From the UHGV virus genome UHGV-0311442: a stretch of DNA of 64,000 nt, one strand, 5' to 3'. Source of the DNA: a virus. Below, piece after piece: positions 18,263 to 27,682 of this stretch (position 1 is the first letter of the stretch; each line of letters begins with the position of its first letter). The notes under the pieces were generated by a model, which was not told where the DNA came from, made no database searches, and was given only the letters and a program-made list of their open reading frames with translations. Both the position numbers and the translations under genes were made by a program.

Positions 18263-19395
18263 TATTTAACCTCAATCAGCGACAACCTGCACCACACCAG
18301 TAACCCTTCCGCAACGCGCACTAACGAGGTAGTAAACGCATCTTCTAAACGCAGTGCGTTTTTATAACGTACGGTAGCGTCGCGTAACTCCCGCCCTTCA
18401 AGCGACTTAAGTTCCTTACGCATACGCTGAATTTCGTCATAAATTCCTGTATACCCTACACTACGTCGTTTCGCACCACGCTGACGTAACGCTCGGATAA
18501 TGTTTCTAACGGCGTCGAGTGCTGAACCGATTTCGTGCAAGTTCAGAGATTTGATTGTGTGGCCAAAATCACCGTCGCGAGCAATCGCCCACTCAATCTT
18601 ACCGTTGTTGTGTTCAACGACCACCACGTTACCTGGCCACGGGTATGCTTTCACCGTTTTAAACGGATCGATAATACCGAACAGCCCTGCGCTTCGTTTA
18701 ATCGCCCAGTTCGTTGACCGGCCCACTTTCTCCAAACCACTCTCGGTAACTTTCTTGCTCTTACCGATTAACGTACGTGTTTTAACAGTATACTCGTTGA
18801 CCATCGCATCCATTGCACTCAGGTTCTTACTGAACTCAATACATGCTTTTACGTTAGGCTTGTCTTCTAAACAAACTTTGGTTGTCCAACTTCCCGTGTC
18901 ACAGTCAACCGGTTCTAAAGTGTCCTTGATACCGAGTAAACTTAAACGTGCTTCTAACTTCTGTAGCTTGCGCTCTAACGACGATGCTTTGGACGTCGCT
19001 TCTTTCAGTTCATTAATAACTTCTTTACCGGCGGCTTCCGCGAAGTCGATAAAACGTAAGGCCAATTGCTTAGAATGTTTACCTGCGAATTTTCCAGACG
19101 CTTTGGCTCCCGCCACTGCTGCTTTTCCAGCAACGCGTCCAACTCCCTTAACCGCTCTGCCGGTCGCACGCGCGACCGCTTTACCTACCCCTGCGTAAGG
19201 CTCGGTGTCCGCAACAAATTGCGCGCGTTCCATCATCGCTGCAGACTCCAACGCAACGTGGACATCATCTAAAGCCCACCGTTTTCGGATAGCGACAACC
19301 GCCGGATAATTGTCTTTAACATTAAGCGATTCTAACGCGACCAAACGATCGTAGTCATCGCAAAGGACTTCTAAATCGGAATCTAATGTTGACAT
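18262..19395 (-). CDS. Hypothetical protein with Gly/Ala/Lys-rich segment (377 aa)
   Basis: ORF; low-complexity AGVGKAVARATGRAVKGVGRVAGKAAVAGAKASGK. Confidence 0.6.
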   Translation of the reverse strand: MSTLDSDLEVLCDDYDRLVALESLNVKDNYPAVVAIRKRWALDDVHVALESAAMMERAQFVADTEPYAGVGKAVARATGRAVKGVGRVAGKAAVAGAKASGKFAGKHSKQLALRFIDFAEAAGKEVINELKEATSKASSLERKLQKLEARLSLLGIKDTLEPVDCDTGSWTTKVCLEDKPNVKACIEFSKNLSAMDAMVNEYTVKTRTLIGKSKKVTESGLEKVGRSTNWAIKRSAGLFGIIDPFKTVKAYPWPGNVVVVEHNNGKIEWAIARDGDFGHTIKSLNLHEIGSALDAVRNIIRALRQRGAKRRSVGYTGIYDEIQRMRKELKSLEGRELRDATVRYKNALRLEDAFTTSLVRVAEGLLVWCRLSLIEVK

Positions 19396-19445
19396 CCTTT
19401 ACCCCATTTTAAGCTAAAGCGGGGAGAAGCCCGCCCTGACTAACT

Positions 19446-19994
19446 TCATAATAAGCGTAGGTCTTCTAACCACTTAGATGCATCCGTAACATGATAATAA
19501 CAAGGGATGTTCAGTGACTGTGCGTAGCGGACACCCATCGCCGTACCCCCTTTTGGATTTCCCTTTTTATCATGCTCAGCGTAATAATAGACGGCGTCTA
19601 CATGATCGTCCAAAGAATCACCTGATACAATATTTAAGTTTCGTCCATGCAACACCCAAGCTATTTCCGATAGCTTATCAGGATTAGGGTGAAGCGATGC
19701 CACAATCCCACGATAACGGACGTCTTGTGGAATAACGCGAAAATCCACATTCGGATGTAACTTACGTAACCACAACTTACGTTCGTCAGGCAAATAACAA
19801 ATATGTGGTCCTGGTTCAGTACGTGCTAACATAAACTGTAATTGGTCTGGTCCTTTGTAACAACCGCCTGACCGCGTTTCGATACTGTGCTGTTTATTAC
19901 GAAGAATTTTGAACCCGCGTTGCAACACATCCAACATTTCATGCATCGTGTCTTCGGGCGTTTCTCGAGAACCAATAATAGCAATTTTATACAT
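19446..19994 (-). CDS. SLOG/DprA-like Rossmann-fold protein (182 aa)
   Basis: N-terminal IAIIGSRE..., then SGG..G.D and a C-terminal segment laid out like the DprA/Smf nucleotide-binding domain; GGAGGTG 5 nt upstream. Confidence 0.45.
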   Translation of the reverse strand: MYKIAIIGSRETPEDTMHEMLDVLQRGFKILRNKQHSIETRSGGCYKGPDQLQFMLARTEPGPHICYLPDERKLWLRKLHPNVDFRVIPQDVRYRGIVASLHPNPDKLSEIAWVLHGRNLNIVSGDSLDDHVDAVYYYAEHDKKGNPKGGTAMGVRYAQSLNIPCYYHVTDASKWLEDLRLL

Positions 19995-20019
19995 TTGTCA
20001 CCTCCATACTGAAGTTGTG

Positions 20020-20067
20020 AAGTGAAAAAAAAAGAAAGCAGGAGAGAACCTTTTCAGGGTTCTCTCC
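20020..20067 (-). terminator. Rho-independent terminator
   Basis: Stem GGAGAGAACC/GGTTCTCTCC then a 9-nt T-run. Confidence 0.8.
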
Positions 20068-20081
20068 TATCGGTGATGTTA

Positions 20082-20744
20082 TCACGCTTCTAAACCACTT
20101 AAAACGACGGTCTCGAGTAACGCTTTGCCCATCCAGACGTCCAACTCACCATCTAAGCCCCCTAAAGGACGTTTATTCAGTTCGTTGTTGTAATTAAGTC
20201 CGTCAAGGGTTTTATTCGTAATAATTTGCCCAATATGAAGCGGTAGAATAAATCGATTTCGTGCGCTATAAATAAACGAATCACATTCGTAAATTACCAC
20301 ATAGCGCTCGAGATCCTCATCATACTCAACGTGACACTGCGAGCCCGTGTCCCATGCACGCGACAAAACCATACCACGGTCTTGACACATCTTCTCCACC
20401 GACACTTTCGCGGACTCTGCCCATTTATCGTAATTTTTAGGTTGGCCGTTTTCGAAATCGAACCAATCCAGATACTTACCGGGAATATCAAGAAAGTCGT
20501 TCAATTGAAGTTTCGTGTAAGATATCATCACCGCGTCGTTAATATCATTGCGGTTAGTTAACTTTACTCGATACCGACCTTCCGGTGTGGGTGCGCCTAT
20601 TAAAGAAACATCCACTTTCTCAGCCGAAAGCTTTTTACGTACACTGCCGCTATTACAGTAACTAACGAGGTTGAGTAAGTTCTGTCTATGACCAACTTCA
20701 AAATCAATTACAAAAGACATACAAACTCCGCGGGGGTTAATCAC
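20082..20744 (-). CDS. Hypothetical protein (220 aa)
   Basis: ORF. Confidence 0.6.
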   Translation of the reverse strand: MINPRGVCMSFVIDFEVGHRQNLLNLVSYCNSGSVRKKLSAEKVDVSLIGAPTPEGRYRVKLTNRNDINDAVMISYTKLQLNDFLDIPGKYLDWFDFENGQPKNYDKWAESAKVSVEKMCQDRGMVLSRAWDTGSQCHVEYDEDLERYVVIYECDSFIYSARNRFILPLHIGQIITNKTLDGLNYNNELNKRPLGGLDGELDVWMGKALLETVVLSGLEA

Positions 20745-21136
20745 TAATACCCGTATAATGGGTACCGTGCGGTGATCTCATCACCAACATAGAAAGTTAA
20801 ACGTTGAACATTAATACTTTTATTTGCGTAGGGTACAGTTTCTAACGTTACCTTTACACTGGCAGAACAACTACCCGGATCAACAAACTGATATGTACGC
20901 CGTTTGATGTTTACCAAATAGTAGCCGCCTGCCGGGCACAATTCGGTTTTACCGTAATTTACCGTGGCGAACTCATCGTTTTGAACTGCAACAACTGGCT
21001 GGTCGGTAGATTTAAAAACGACGGGTTTATCGCCCGGCACTGTAGGTTCAAAACGACTAATATCGTGCGGTTTAAATTCCGCGAACGCGGAAAATGAAAG
21101 TAACGTTAGAAATAGGGTAATGACAGTTCGTTTCAT
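20744..21136 (-). CDS. Secreted/periplasmic protein with signal peptide (130 aa)
   Basis: N-terminal MKRTVITLFLTLLSFSAFA-EF is a typical Sec signal peptide. Confidence 0.6.
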   Translation of the reverse strand: MKRTVITLFLTLLSFSAFAEFKPHDISRFEPTVPGDKPVVFKSTDQPVVAVQNDEFATVNYGKTELCPAGGYYLVNIKRRTYQFVDPGSCSASVKVTLETVPYANKSINVQRLTFYVGDEITARYPLYGY

Positions 21137-21612
21137 CGGTCTACCTCATCAAGATGATCGCGTAGCCATGGCATCGACTCTAAGCGCGGAATCATATTCC
21201 GTGTGTTCGGCGAAAACCATAGCGCTTCACGATATTTCTTTTTGAAACGTTCCCAGTGATACGAGAAAGGTTTGGGTGTAAAACCGCGCTCTTTTAGCAC
21301 CTCCTCCCAAACCAAGTCTTTAATAAAATCGTCCACTAAAATTAATACCAACACTTTCCATTTACTGCGTCGGTAGTGCCGTGTAAAAGATTTGCGGAGA
21401 TCAGAAAAGTCCTCTCGACGACGAGAACGTACTGCTGGAGTTGCCTTCTCTTTAAATTGCGAACAAGGATTATGTTGTAGTATCGTTACAGGAACTCCCC
21501 GAACACGGCCTGTACGTAAATCAACCTCGTGTGCGGGGATAACTTCAACGCAACGTAACACTTTTGCTTTATTGCCTTCCAAGCACCGCGTCTCATATTC
21601 GACACGAATCAT
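21133..21612 (-). CDS. Hypothetical basic protein (159 aa)
   Basis: ORF; 4-nt overlap. Confidence 0.55.
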   Translation of the reverse strand: MIRVEYETRCLEGNKAKVLRCVEVIPAHEVDLRTGRVRGVPVTILQHNPCSQFKEKATPAVRSRRREDFSDLRKSFTRHYRRSKWKVLVLILVDDFIKDLVWEEVLKERGFTPKPFSYHWERFKKKYREALWFSPNTRNMIPRLESMPWLRDHLDEVDR

Positions 21613-21631
21613 TTTGGGCTCTCAACTGTTT

Positions 21632-22108
21632 CTAATAAATCTTATCCGCAACAGAGAGAAAGATGGGGGTGTTTTCAATAAAATCCACCAAATATCCTTC
21701 TTCCGGCGGGGCGTATGACGAATCAACGTTACTGTTCGTCATACGAAAATACCGACGGGAGTCACTGGCAATAAACCATCGGTCTATTTGGAAGCCTTTT
21801 TTGGAAAAGAAACACAGTCCGTCAATGTTTGAGGGATGCACACGACACATCACCATTTGACGATCTGAATTAAGTTGAACGTATTTCAGTAAAAAGGAAC
21901 CTACACCGCTACGACGAGAACCTTCGGCCACTACCAGATAGATAAGATTCCCCGGCTCCCAGATTGCAACCCCATGTGTAATATCATCTTCAACGGCCAA
22001 CGTAATTTTAACTGGCGTTTCTCGAATCGAATTTAAGTCTTTGACGTATTCACGTAATTCAGGAAATTTAGCGGAAATTTTGTCTTCGGTAATATCTAAC
22101 TGCTGCAT
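21632..22108 (-). CDS. GNAT family acetyltransferase (158 aa)
   Basis: VVAEGSRRSGVGSFLL...KKGF matches GNAT motif A. Confidence 0.75.
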   Translation of the reverse strand: MQQLDITEDKISAKFPELREYVKDLNSIRETPVKITLAVEDDITHGVAIWEPGNLIYLVVAEGSRRSGVGSFLLKYVQLNSDRQMVMCRVHPSNIDGLCFFSKKGFQIDRWFIASDSRRYFRMTNSNVDSSYAPPEEGYLVDFIENTPIFLSVADKIY

Positions 22109-22761
22109 TATTGTTCCCCTATCGATAAAACGTTTTTAACAAATTCATCCCACGTGGTGTTCCCACCAGAAGTAAATAAACTGCTAAGTGGAACGTTTCG
22201 ATGCTGTGGAATAATCGCATCGAGTTTCGTTACTGGAACTTCGGCCCATAAAGCCCAACCGTACAACCCCTCCACTGTTTTTCTCTCACCACGTAGGGAC
22301 GGCACCCACCAGGTAAACTGTATGAATCTTTTACCACGACAGATTTTAAGGCTGGTAGTAAAACCGTGGTCTAACATCCGAACGTCGTCAAACTTACAAT
22401 TAATCGAGAAAAGACCATAACGGGCAAGCAATCTCCTTATCTGTAACATTAGGTCGTTTTGGTATTTGTTCAGTGTGACAGTGTCTACAAAAACCTGTCC
22501 CTTCCCGACCCCAAACCCTTTCTTTTCTAAATGCTCCGCCATTAAGGCAGACGTACTCCCCTCTACACCCGGACAATCTAGACTGCCGGATAAAGGTACT
22601 GCACGATAATAGCGATGGAGCGTCTCTTGAAAAGCCGCCGTAACAATTTTTTCCTCTTTAACGAAATCAACAATTTCCCCATTGGAGGTGACCAACGGTC
22701 CAACCTTCAGATCCTGAATAGGTATCAGTAACGTTCTGGTCATTAAGCGTAATGGTTCCAC
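22108..22761 (-). CDS. Hypothetical protein; start reassigned to GTG at 22761
   Basis: In-frame GTG with AAGAAGGAG 7 nt upstream; the listed start at 22788 is also a non-ATG codon. Confidence 0.5.
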   Translation of the reverse strand: MEPLRLMTRTLLIPIQDLKVGPLVTSNGEIVDFVKEEKIVTAAFQETLHRYYRAVPLSGSLDCPGVEGSTSALMAEHLEKKGFGVGKGQVFVDTVTLNKYQNDLMLQIRRLLARYGLFSINCKFDDVRMLDHGFTTSLKICRGKRFIQFTWWVPSLRGERKTVEGLYGWALWAEVPVTKLDAIIPQHRNVPLSSLFTSGGNTTWDEFVKNVLSIGEQ

Positions 22762-22804
22762 AATAGCACTCCTTCTTTTAAGTCTCACAGTATGTTTAAA
22801 AATT

Positions 22805-22846
22805 GTAAAAATAAAAAGAAGTAACCTCTACCCGAAGGTAGAGGTT
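22805..22846 (-). terminator. Rho-independent terminator
   Basis: Stem AACCTCTACC/GGTAGAGGTT, loop CGAA, then T-run. Confidence 0.75.
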
Positions 22847-22850
22847 AATG

Positions 22851-23429
22851 TTATTTCGTTGTTGGGCTTTCTGTCTTCGACTTAAGCTGGCCTGATTTCT
22901 CAAGCTTCTTCTCAACAACTTTTGTGGCTATCTCAAGAGACTTATAAGCCAACGTTTTAATCGGCCAAGTCGCAAAAACAACCAATGCAAAGAACGGTAC
23001 CAATGTCACAATCAGAACATCTAAACTGTCTTCTGGAAAATGCTGGTGCGTGTCGTAACCCAGGAACCCGGTTACAATAACCGTCGCCAACGTCAGGAGG
23101 ACAATAATGAACTTCTGGGGACCGGCTAATTTCGGCCATAAGGTTAGCATGGTTTCTTTGCTAATCTCATCCCCTAGAGATTCCACAGCGTCAGTTGCCT
23201 GCTGATGGAATTGTTCTGATATTTTGCCTAAGTTATCGATTAGCGTCGGGCGTAAGTCGGAAAGAATCTTTGTTCCCGAACGGGTAACGTCAACGTCGAC
23301 GTCATCCCCATACGCCGCTTTCAAGAGTTTCGTTAACTGTTCAGACTGTTCTTTACTTAACTTTCTGTTTCCAGCTTGGATCAATAAGTCAAGTATTTCA
23401 GTGGGTAGTGCTTGTGTGCTCGGTTCCAT
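22851..23429 (-). CDS. Membrane protein with two TM helices (192 aa)
   Basis: Soluble N-terminal about 100 aa, then FIIVLLTLATVIVTGFLGY and VLIVTLVPFFALVVFATW. Confidence 0.6.
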   Translation of the reverse strand: MEPSTQALPTEILDLLIQAGNRKLSKEQSEQLTKLLKAAYGDDVDVDVTRSGTKILSDLRPTLIDNLGKISEQFHQQATDAVESLGDEISKETMLTLWPKLAGPQKFIIVLLTLATVIVTGFLGYDTHQHFPEDSLDVLIVTLVPFFALVVFATWPIKTLAYKSLEIATKVVEKKLEKSGQLKSKTESPTTK

Positions 23430-24073
23430 TATCGTTTTCTCCGACGCCTTCTCCGCCTGGAGGTCTTAGTCGACTTTTGTTTAGGCGGTAGCAGGCTGTT
23501 TAAGTTTAACAGATTTACCCTGACGAAAATATTTCCCACCGCCACAGCATCAATACTGTGCTCATCTAACGTTGTAATATCAAACAAAGCATGTTCGCGA
23601 TAGAGCTTGGTCACGGCCCGAAACATATCGGTTTTATCCGTCCCCTTCGCTTCCACCCCAACGAATGATTTTACAATGATAGGATTGAAGCCGTGTAAAA
23701 TTTTCTCCGGGTAAACGTCCCACAAAGTACGTCGCAACATTAATTGTAGTTCGACACCAGATTCATAAGCGGAGAGTTTTGCTCTCCGCATAAACGGTGT
23801 CTCTGTTGCAACGAAAGTTGGGCAGGCAATCCGAAGAAATTCACGGTAACAAGCTTCGAGCTTAACTAAACGATCGTCACGTTTACCGACACACTCTGCA
23901 AACGCATTTGGATGCGTTGGGTCTAATACATGCATGGTATCAGCCCAAACCACTTCGGCTTGATCGCTGCCGTATTCCCAATCCAATACTGCCATACCAA
24001 GATGGCTCGTACCGGGGTCTATTGCCGCGATTCTTACCATCTTATCTGGAAGTCTCGGCTCGGGTATCAACAT
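23429..24073 (-). CDS. RuvC-like Holliday junction resolvase with poly-Arg C-terminal tail
   Basis: RuvC catalytic layout: IAAIDPGTSHLG, VATETPF, DEHSIDAVAVG; C-terminus KTSRRRRRRRKR. Confidence 0.75.
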   Translation of the reverse strand: MLIPEPRLPDKMVRIAAIDPGTSHLGMAVLDWEYGSDQAEVVWADTMHVLDPTHPNAFAECVGKRDDRLVKLEACYREFLRIACPTFVATETPFMRRAKLSAYESGVELQLMLRRTLWDVYPEKILHGFNPIIVKSFVGVEAKGTDKTDMFRAVTKLYREHALFDITTLDEHSIDAVAVGNIFVRVNLLNLNSLLPPKQKSTKTSRRRRRRRKR

Positions 24074-24960
24074 CAGTTAGCTGTCCCCAGGAAGAACGGT
24101 GCAGGCTGTCCGATACGAATGGTCAAAGACAATTTGTCATTCGTCTGTGCCAGGTTGGTAAACATCGAAATATAGTACAACGCCTGAACACCGATCGCCT
24201 CGTTATAGCTGAATTTAGACCCAGTTGCAGAATCCCCGGACGCGACCTGGTCTAACCCTGAGCAGAGCGCCAGTTCAGAGATAATTGAACTACGCGGGCT
24301 ACCACGCATAATGCTCGTTACGTTCATATATTCCTGAACATCAAAGTCTGTCCACGGAATAACCAGGTCAGCACCTGACTCCACATAACGGCCATCTGGG
24401 ATTGCAACGGTACCATCGTCGTCGTAATCGTAGTCCGGCAATACTTTCGGTACGGGGTTTAATTCCGTGTCTGTGTACACAAAGTCTTCGACGGTCTCAA
24501 CACCGTTCTCACGCCTGATATCGTAATCGGTGGTTTTTACAGCGCGCATGTCGATGCGTTTTAAATAATACGCCCAGTATTCGCGTTTGTTAAACGTTTC
24601 CAAAGTACGAAAAGCGTAGTTCTTACGTTGTTCGTCAGACAGATCATTGTCTTTTGTACGCAGGACAAACGGAACGCGGGAAAACATCCCGGAAGCAATA
24701 GGTTCTTTACCTACAGGCACAACGTCAGCCACCACATCAGAGGTGTCGACCATATGGCCACGGTTGCCAATTGCCATGTACTGCAAATGAGGACGCGCTT
24801 TACCGTCCGGCACTGGCGTTTGCATGAGTTTATAAAACTCATTCAGTGTGGATTTTTGCGGGTATTGCACGTCAGCACCGGTAATTAATGCGGTAGCCAA
24901 ACGCATCGCATTAAGCGTTACCGTCGAGAGTTTACCGTCGTAAACTTTGACATTAGACAT
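24073..24960 (-). CDS. Hypothetical protein (295 aa)
   Basis: ORF; 1-nt overlap. Confidence 0.6.
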   Translation of the reverse strand: MSNVKVYDGKLSTVTLNAMRLATALITGADVQYPQKSTLNEFYKLMQTPVPDGKARPHLQYMAIGNRGHMVDTSDVVADVVPVGKEPIASGMFSRVPFVLRTKDNDLSDEQRKNYAFRTLETFNKREYWAYYLKRIDMRAVKTTDYDIRRENGVETVEDFVYTDTELNPVPKVLPDYDYDDDGTVAIPDGRYVESGADLVIPWTDFDVQEYMNVTSIMRGSPRSSIISELALCSGLDQVASGDSATGSKFSYNEAIGVQALYYISMFTNLAQTNDKLSLTIRIGQPAPFFLGTAN

Positions 24961-25480
24961 TGATTAATTCTCCTGGGCGGAACCCATCCAACGCCAATTT
25001 CGTCACAAGAGACGCCAATTTGCGTGGGGTGGAATCAGTAAATACGACCGGAATCGTTCCTTTAAAAGACAAATGATTCGGGACGAGACGAACATCATAA
25101 GAATCCAGCTCCTCTGAAATCGGCTCAATCATAATGTCGTCGGCACGCAGGTCAATCCCTGTTTGCGCAACGATATAATCAGCCAACTCTTCGCTGGACG
25201 TTACTGCGCCTTTCGGTACACTCACCGGTTCATCGGCCAGGAACGTTGCCAAATCAACGCGAGTTAAAATGAATTCCTGGTTTCCGACAACGCCGTTACG
25301 GAAGACGGCAGCAACCTTTGATTCTAGTCCGTAACGTTGACGTTCTGCTAAAGTTAGTGGTTGAACGCCGTTTGCGTTAAACTCGATGTTATCAGCAGTA
25401 TAGGATAGACTAAATACGTAGTTAATCCGGTCTACTAAAATTTGTTTAGGTGCTTTCGTTAAATCGACACGATATGCCAT
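24953..25480 (-). CDS. Hypothetical protein (175 aa)
   Basis: ORF. Confidence 0.6.
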   Translation of the reverse strand: MAYRVDLTKAPKQILVDRINYVFSLSYTADNIEFNANGVQPLTLAERQRYGLESKVAAVFRNGVVGNQEFILTRVDLATFLADEPVSVPKGAVTSSEELADYIVAQTGIDLRADDIMIEPISEELDSYDVRLVPNHLSFKGTIPVVFTDSTPRKLASLVTKLALDGFRPGELINV

Positions 25481-25487
25481 GATTCTC

Positions 25488-27671
25488 TCACTTAGGTAGC
25501 TGGTCTAACGTAAACCCTTCGAGATCGTTAATTTTCACCTGTTCGTTTAACGCCCAGTCGTCAAGTGAAGACTTGACCTTAACAACCCCGGTGGTCGGTT
25601 CATTAATATCCACCACGACTTGCTGATTCACTCTCACACGGATACCCATGTAAATGTTCATCCGTAGTTTGATGTGTTGCGGCATGGACAACTCTTTAAT
25701 CACCGGCGCAGCGGGAAGCACTTTGTCCGTCGTCATGTGTTGATGTCGCGTAACTGACTGTACGCCTAAGAGAGGTTCAATGATGGTAACTGTACCCTCC
25801 CCACTCATAGGGATATCCCCTAAGATCGGACAAAGCGGGTCCATAACGTCGTAAGAATCTGACCCCATCCGCGCAGCAAAATGTACGGTATACGACGAAA
25901 GCTTGGTCATCAATCGAACCATCGCGCGCTGTATTTCAGATTGCGAAATGGTTGCACGCGTTTCAAGGTTTGTTGCGGTGTTCAATGCATCGACTGCAAT
26001 ATCTTGCCACGTCTCTGCAGAGACCAACGTATAGTCTAACCCAAAGGTCTTAAAGAACTCGTCGTAGTTACGATACTTTAACTTTAAATCACAGCGATAA
26101 TCGCGATAATGGTAATCGAACAGCATTAAACCCGCAGCACGATCGGGAATCTTACGGCGGTTTTGGCTGTAACGCCAACGGCGTCGCTTCTGTAAGATAA
26201 TTTCATTAATCGTATCGTAAAGTTCGTCGGCACTGAGAATGGTCCCGACTACCTCGGTGTGGGTGTCGGTGTAGTAGTTAATCAGCGCATCGAAACGGTG
26301 TTCCCAACTCGGGATAAGATGTTGTTCCATTTCATCGAAGGGCACCCAACGTTTAATCAACACATCAAAAACGTTAAATACGGGGATTTCTTCAAGGGCA
26401 ACATCGGAGTAACCTTTATACGCCGCGTACAAAAACAGTGCCAACAGTTCTTTCGAACTTAACTTTAATGTATCGCCGTTCGTTGGGTTAAGAATCTCGT
26501 GGTAGATGTTGTATTTTCCCTTCGCTACCAAATGTACCCATTCATTAAAGAGGTTATGTGTGTATTCAAAACGCTCAATAGCTTCTGGGTCAACGGCGGT
26601 TACTTCTACGAGCTTCGTCGTTAAGTTAGGATATTGTGTCAGACTCAGTCGCGTGTCTAAGTCTTCTTGGTACTCTGGTTCGTACGCCGGGTTGTTATAC
26701 GCTAACCCCACCTCTTTTTGGATTATGTCCGTAGTGGTAACAATATCCAAATCGCGTCCAGAGTCTTTCTCTGTGTAGTTTAAAGATTGCTGATAACCGA
26801 TAGGCAACGGTGTTAAGGTTGAATCGTCATCATCTTTCGGTTCGTGAATCTGCTGCGCAACATTATACCCAACCGCAGGCATTCCCCAGCCTGTCAGTAG
26901 CGCATCGATTTGCCAATCGAAGATCTCCTCTTTCCCTGAATTGCGTTCCCAGTATCGAATATTTCGATAAAGAATGAATTTTTGTTTCTGAGTCAGGTAC
27001 GGCATAAACTCATGCAGTTCCTGGTGCGAAGCTAAAAATTCGGTAACGAAGAAAGAGTGTGTTTCTGTCGTATGCTGTAAAGAAGAACGAATATAACCAA
27101 TTATGCCCGGTAGCTGCGGAAACAACATGCAGTAGAAAGCTAACACAAACGCATCGTTGTGGACCTTCCAACCCTCAGCCATGTACCGGACGTGGGCTGC
27201 ACGAATTCTCGCTTCCAGTCGGCTAATCAATGACGTCTCTTGTGATTCTACTAACGAACTGTCGTAGTACAAAATAGAACAATCGTCTACACGTAACGCG
27301 TAATTTAAATCGATTGGCGTAAAGACGCCGCGAATATAAACCGCGTATTCGGGATAAGTTGCGATCAACGCCTCGATATACTCGACATTCGAACGAAAAA
27401 CGTTAGAGGTCTTTTTATGACGGGACAGGTTGGCTGTCGTTAATTCTATCTGCTCTTGCGTGTCGAGCGACGTGATGTAAATGGGTTTATCCATTTCGTG
27501 ACGTTGTCCTGCTAAATGCAGGTAGTATCGCCACGTACTACGGTTATCGGAAACGAAACCGCCGTTCTCGGTTATTGCCAGATTCATCTGTTGTGCGATT
27601 GATTCTGATTTAATAATCAGCGATTTCGCCAACGCGATGTTCTGATCACGAAATATGTTAAATCTCTGCAT
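25488..27671 (-). CDS. Large hypothetical protein (about 727 aa), possibly structural; start set to ATG at 27671
   Basis: Listed start at 27683 is TTG; ATG 4 codons in. Confidence 0.65.
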   Translation of the reverse strand: MQRFNIFRDQNIALAKSLIIKSESIAQQMNLAITENGGFVSDNRSTWRYYLHLAGQRHEMDKPIYITSLDTQEQIELTTANLSRHKKTSNVFRSNVEYIEALIATYPEYAVYIRGVFTPIDLNYALRVDDCSILYYDSSLVESQETSLISRLEARIRAAHVRYMAEGWKVHNDAFVLAFYCMLFPQLPGIIGYIRSSLQHTTETHSFFVTEFLASHQELHEFMPYLTQKQKFILYRNIRYWERNSGKEEIFDWQIDALLTGWGMPAVGYNVAQQIHEPKDDDDSTLTPLPIGYQQSLNYTEKDSGRDLDIVTTTDIIQKEVGLAYNNPAYEPEYQEDLDTRLSLTQYPNLTTKLVEVTAVDPEAIERFEYTHNLFNEWVHLVAKGKYNIYHEILNPTNGDTLKLSSKELLALFLYAAYKGYSDVALEEIPVFNVFDVLIKRWVPFDEMEQHLIPSWEHRFDALINYYTDTHTEVVGTILSADELYDTINEIILQKRRRWRYSQNRRKIPDRAAGLMLFDYHYRDYRCDLKLKYRNYDEFFKTFGLDYTLVSAETWQDIAVDALNTATNLETRATISQSEIQRAMVRLMTKLSSYTVHFAARMGSDSYDVMDPLCPILGDIPMSGEGTVTIIEPLLGVQSVTRHQHMTTDKVLPAAPVIKELSMPQHIKLRMNIYMGIRVRVNQQVVVDINEPTTGVVKVKSSLDDWALNEQVKINDLEGFTLDQLPK

Positions 27672-27682
27672 CGGAGACCCCA

